64,000 nucleotides of DNA from Monocercomonoides exilis PA203 (lineage: Eukaryota > Protista > Preaxostyla): positions 558,001 to 622,000 of the forward strand of contig LSRY02000046.1 of assembly GCA_001643675.2 (NCBI GenBank), written 5' to 3'. Position numbers and translations under genes: made by a program. Of this stretch, positions 62,159-64,000 are shown one piece after another; position 1 is the stretch's first letter; each line of letters opens with the position of its first letter. The notes beneath the pieces are model-generated. The model had not been told where the DNA came from. It did not search any database and worked only from the letters and a program-made list of their open reading frames with translations.

Positions 62159-64000
62159 ATGGTTTCATTGCCAGAGGAATATAATGTAGCTGGCAATCTT
62201 TTAGGTCTTGGAGAAGATATACATTTGGAAATTATTCATGAAATGGAATCCATTCGTGATGTGCAAATGGTTTGTATTCTTGAGGATAAATGAAATAATT
62301 TTGATTTTGACGTAGTTTCTTGCTGTATCAAAAATAACTAAAAATCTGATACATCATTATAAATTTTCTTGGGCAACTCATTCAGGTTTACTAAAATTAC
62401 TCCATTGTTAATTTTCAAATTGCTTTTTTATTAAAAAGCATTAAAAAGTCTAACGGGAACAAAAGCCTTTGTATTTGATAACCCAAAAAAAGTTGAAATT
62501 CTTCTTCGACCAAATATTCCGAAAGATTTTGTTGATTTAGCCCCTTTTGAAGTTGATATCTTACCTGAAAAAAGCAATCGCTATTCTCAAAAAAATGTGA
62601 TTCGTGAATTATGTATCCTTCAACAAAGTGTGCGTATAAATAGCTTGCATTCTACGTCTGGTTTAGCTGCTCTATACATTGATGGTTATGGAACTTTACA
62701 AAAGCAGTTCATTCAACCTTCATCTTCTCTATCTGATGAGGCAAAAATTGCCCTTAAAAAGTGGTTTGAGCAGCTATCGATGCCATCTCCTTCTATTAAA
62801 TTCAAGTCCATTTCTTCAACAGGATGTTTGGTAGCTGCAGTAGCTGAAAGTGGTACATTGTTCGTTCGAGGATTAGATATGTATGGAGCACCTCATTACG
62901 ATGGAAATTCGTTTAGAGTTATCTCCATGTTTCAAAGCAAGAATGGAAATATTGAATCTTCATTGGGACCTTCTCCAATTCTTTCGGCCACTGCTTTATA
63001 TGACAGATGCATTGTGATTTTGCAAAATGGAGCGGTGTTTGTGCTAGGGAAGCTGATTGATTATAAATGGCCATCTCGATTTATACCAGATTATGGAATC
63101 GCTGAACTGACTGACGAAACGATTTTCGTGCCCAAATTTATTCCGCAGCTCTGCGGTGACTTAGCCTTGAGGAGGAGGAAGAAGAAGAAGGTCGAGAAAA
63201 AAGTTGAAGGCAGTCAGAACGATGATTCGAGTTTGAAGGTAAAGCCATCTGCATTTCAAGAATGGGAGATGGAAAGAGAGAGGAGGGATAGAGAAGAAGC
63301 GTTGGAATTGGAGAAAGCCAATGGAACGCATTTGGACAATGACGCTACGCATGTAGGGGAGGATGATTTCTATGGATTGTTTGGTACGCACAAGCCTGTC
63401 CAGTATGTTCGGTCGATGGATTGTTTTCTGAGCAGCGAAGGGATTGTGCTGATGTTTGTGAAGAAGTCTGCAGCAGTGAGCGAGTTTGGAGGAGCGCTGC
63501 GCTACATTGACGAGGTATATTGCACGCCGATAAGCCCGGCGATGTTCTTCAAGGGCGAAAGGGTGGTTGCGATGGAGCACCATTTGGGGGATGTGTATAT
63601 GACGAACATGGGCACGCTGTATTTGACAAGGGGATTCAGAAAGATGCCTGGTGTTGTGAGCGATCTGCGCTCCCCGCTGCAAACAATGAAGATTGGCTTT
63701 GACGTGGCTTCTGTGAAGTCGTTGATTTTGCCTACGCGCGGGAGAATAGCGCTTCTGAATGACGATGGGAGAGTGTGGAGCTGCAAGTATGGGTGGGGAG
63801 AAGGAGACGAGGAAGCTTGGGAAGAGGAATATGAAAGCGATAAAGATGATAGTTTTTTGATGTTCTCGGATTTATCCAGTGACTCTTCTGAGGATGACAG
63901 TAATTTCAGCGAAAGTCTTACGGATGAAGATGATATAGATGAGCTTCATTATTCAAAGGAAAAAAGATTAAAACAGTTTAAAAAGCGATTATCACATAAG
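62159..64000 (+). CDS. F-box-like N-terminus plus RCC1/beta-propeller-like repeats; runs off the right edge (absent from the ORF track)
   Basis: Exons 62159-62269, 62316-62385 and 62439->64000 splice in frame, and the last is open for >520 codons. NLLGLGEDIHLEIIHEM..DVQMFLAVSK is F-box-like; VAESGTLFVRG, LQNGAVFVLG and LNDDGRVWSC are RCC1-like. Confidence 0.7.

Noticed and set aside
1-64000. Alternative genetic code (TAA/TAG = Gln, as in some oxymonads)
   Set aside because: Conserved proteins end at TAA/TAG at the expected positions (LC8, Rab32, ABCC, kinase), and the long exons contain no in-frame TAR.

Overview
Eukaryotic, AT-rich, intron-containing protist DNA using the standard genetic code. 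The Ser-rich low-complexity proteins and two degraded gene-family fragments resemble the oxymonad Monocercomonoides; this is inference from recall, not a search. The main structure is a ~10.2-kb near-perfect inverted duplication (10374-20546 / 37652-47820). Each arm carries an ABCC/MRP transporter and a DHHC palmitoyltransferase, both with extreme sense-strand G bias. The arms enclose a 17.1-kb unique spacer. The spacer contains a complete 6,104-bp hAT transposon (15-bp TIRs, perfect 8-bp TSD GTTGCAAT, 17-bp subterminal repeats, spliced transposase) that carries a degraded host kinase-like gene fragment. It also holds a ~600-bp foldback element, a MAP3K-like kinase, a CUE/Q-rich protein and dynein light chain LC8. 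Outside the arms are a Dbp5-like DEAD-box protein with degenerate catalytic motifs, an ankyrin protein, a Pho80-type cyclin, a ~4,200-aa CH+SANT+AT-hook protein, Rab32 and an F-box/RCC1-like gene. Inferred introns show an unusual GTTTG...AAG splice-site bias. All frameshifts in the ABCC copies and the transposase sit in homopolymers and may be sequencing errors.
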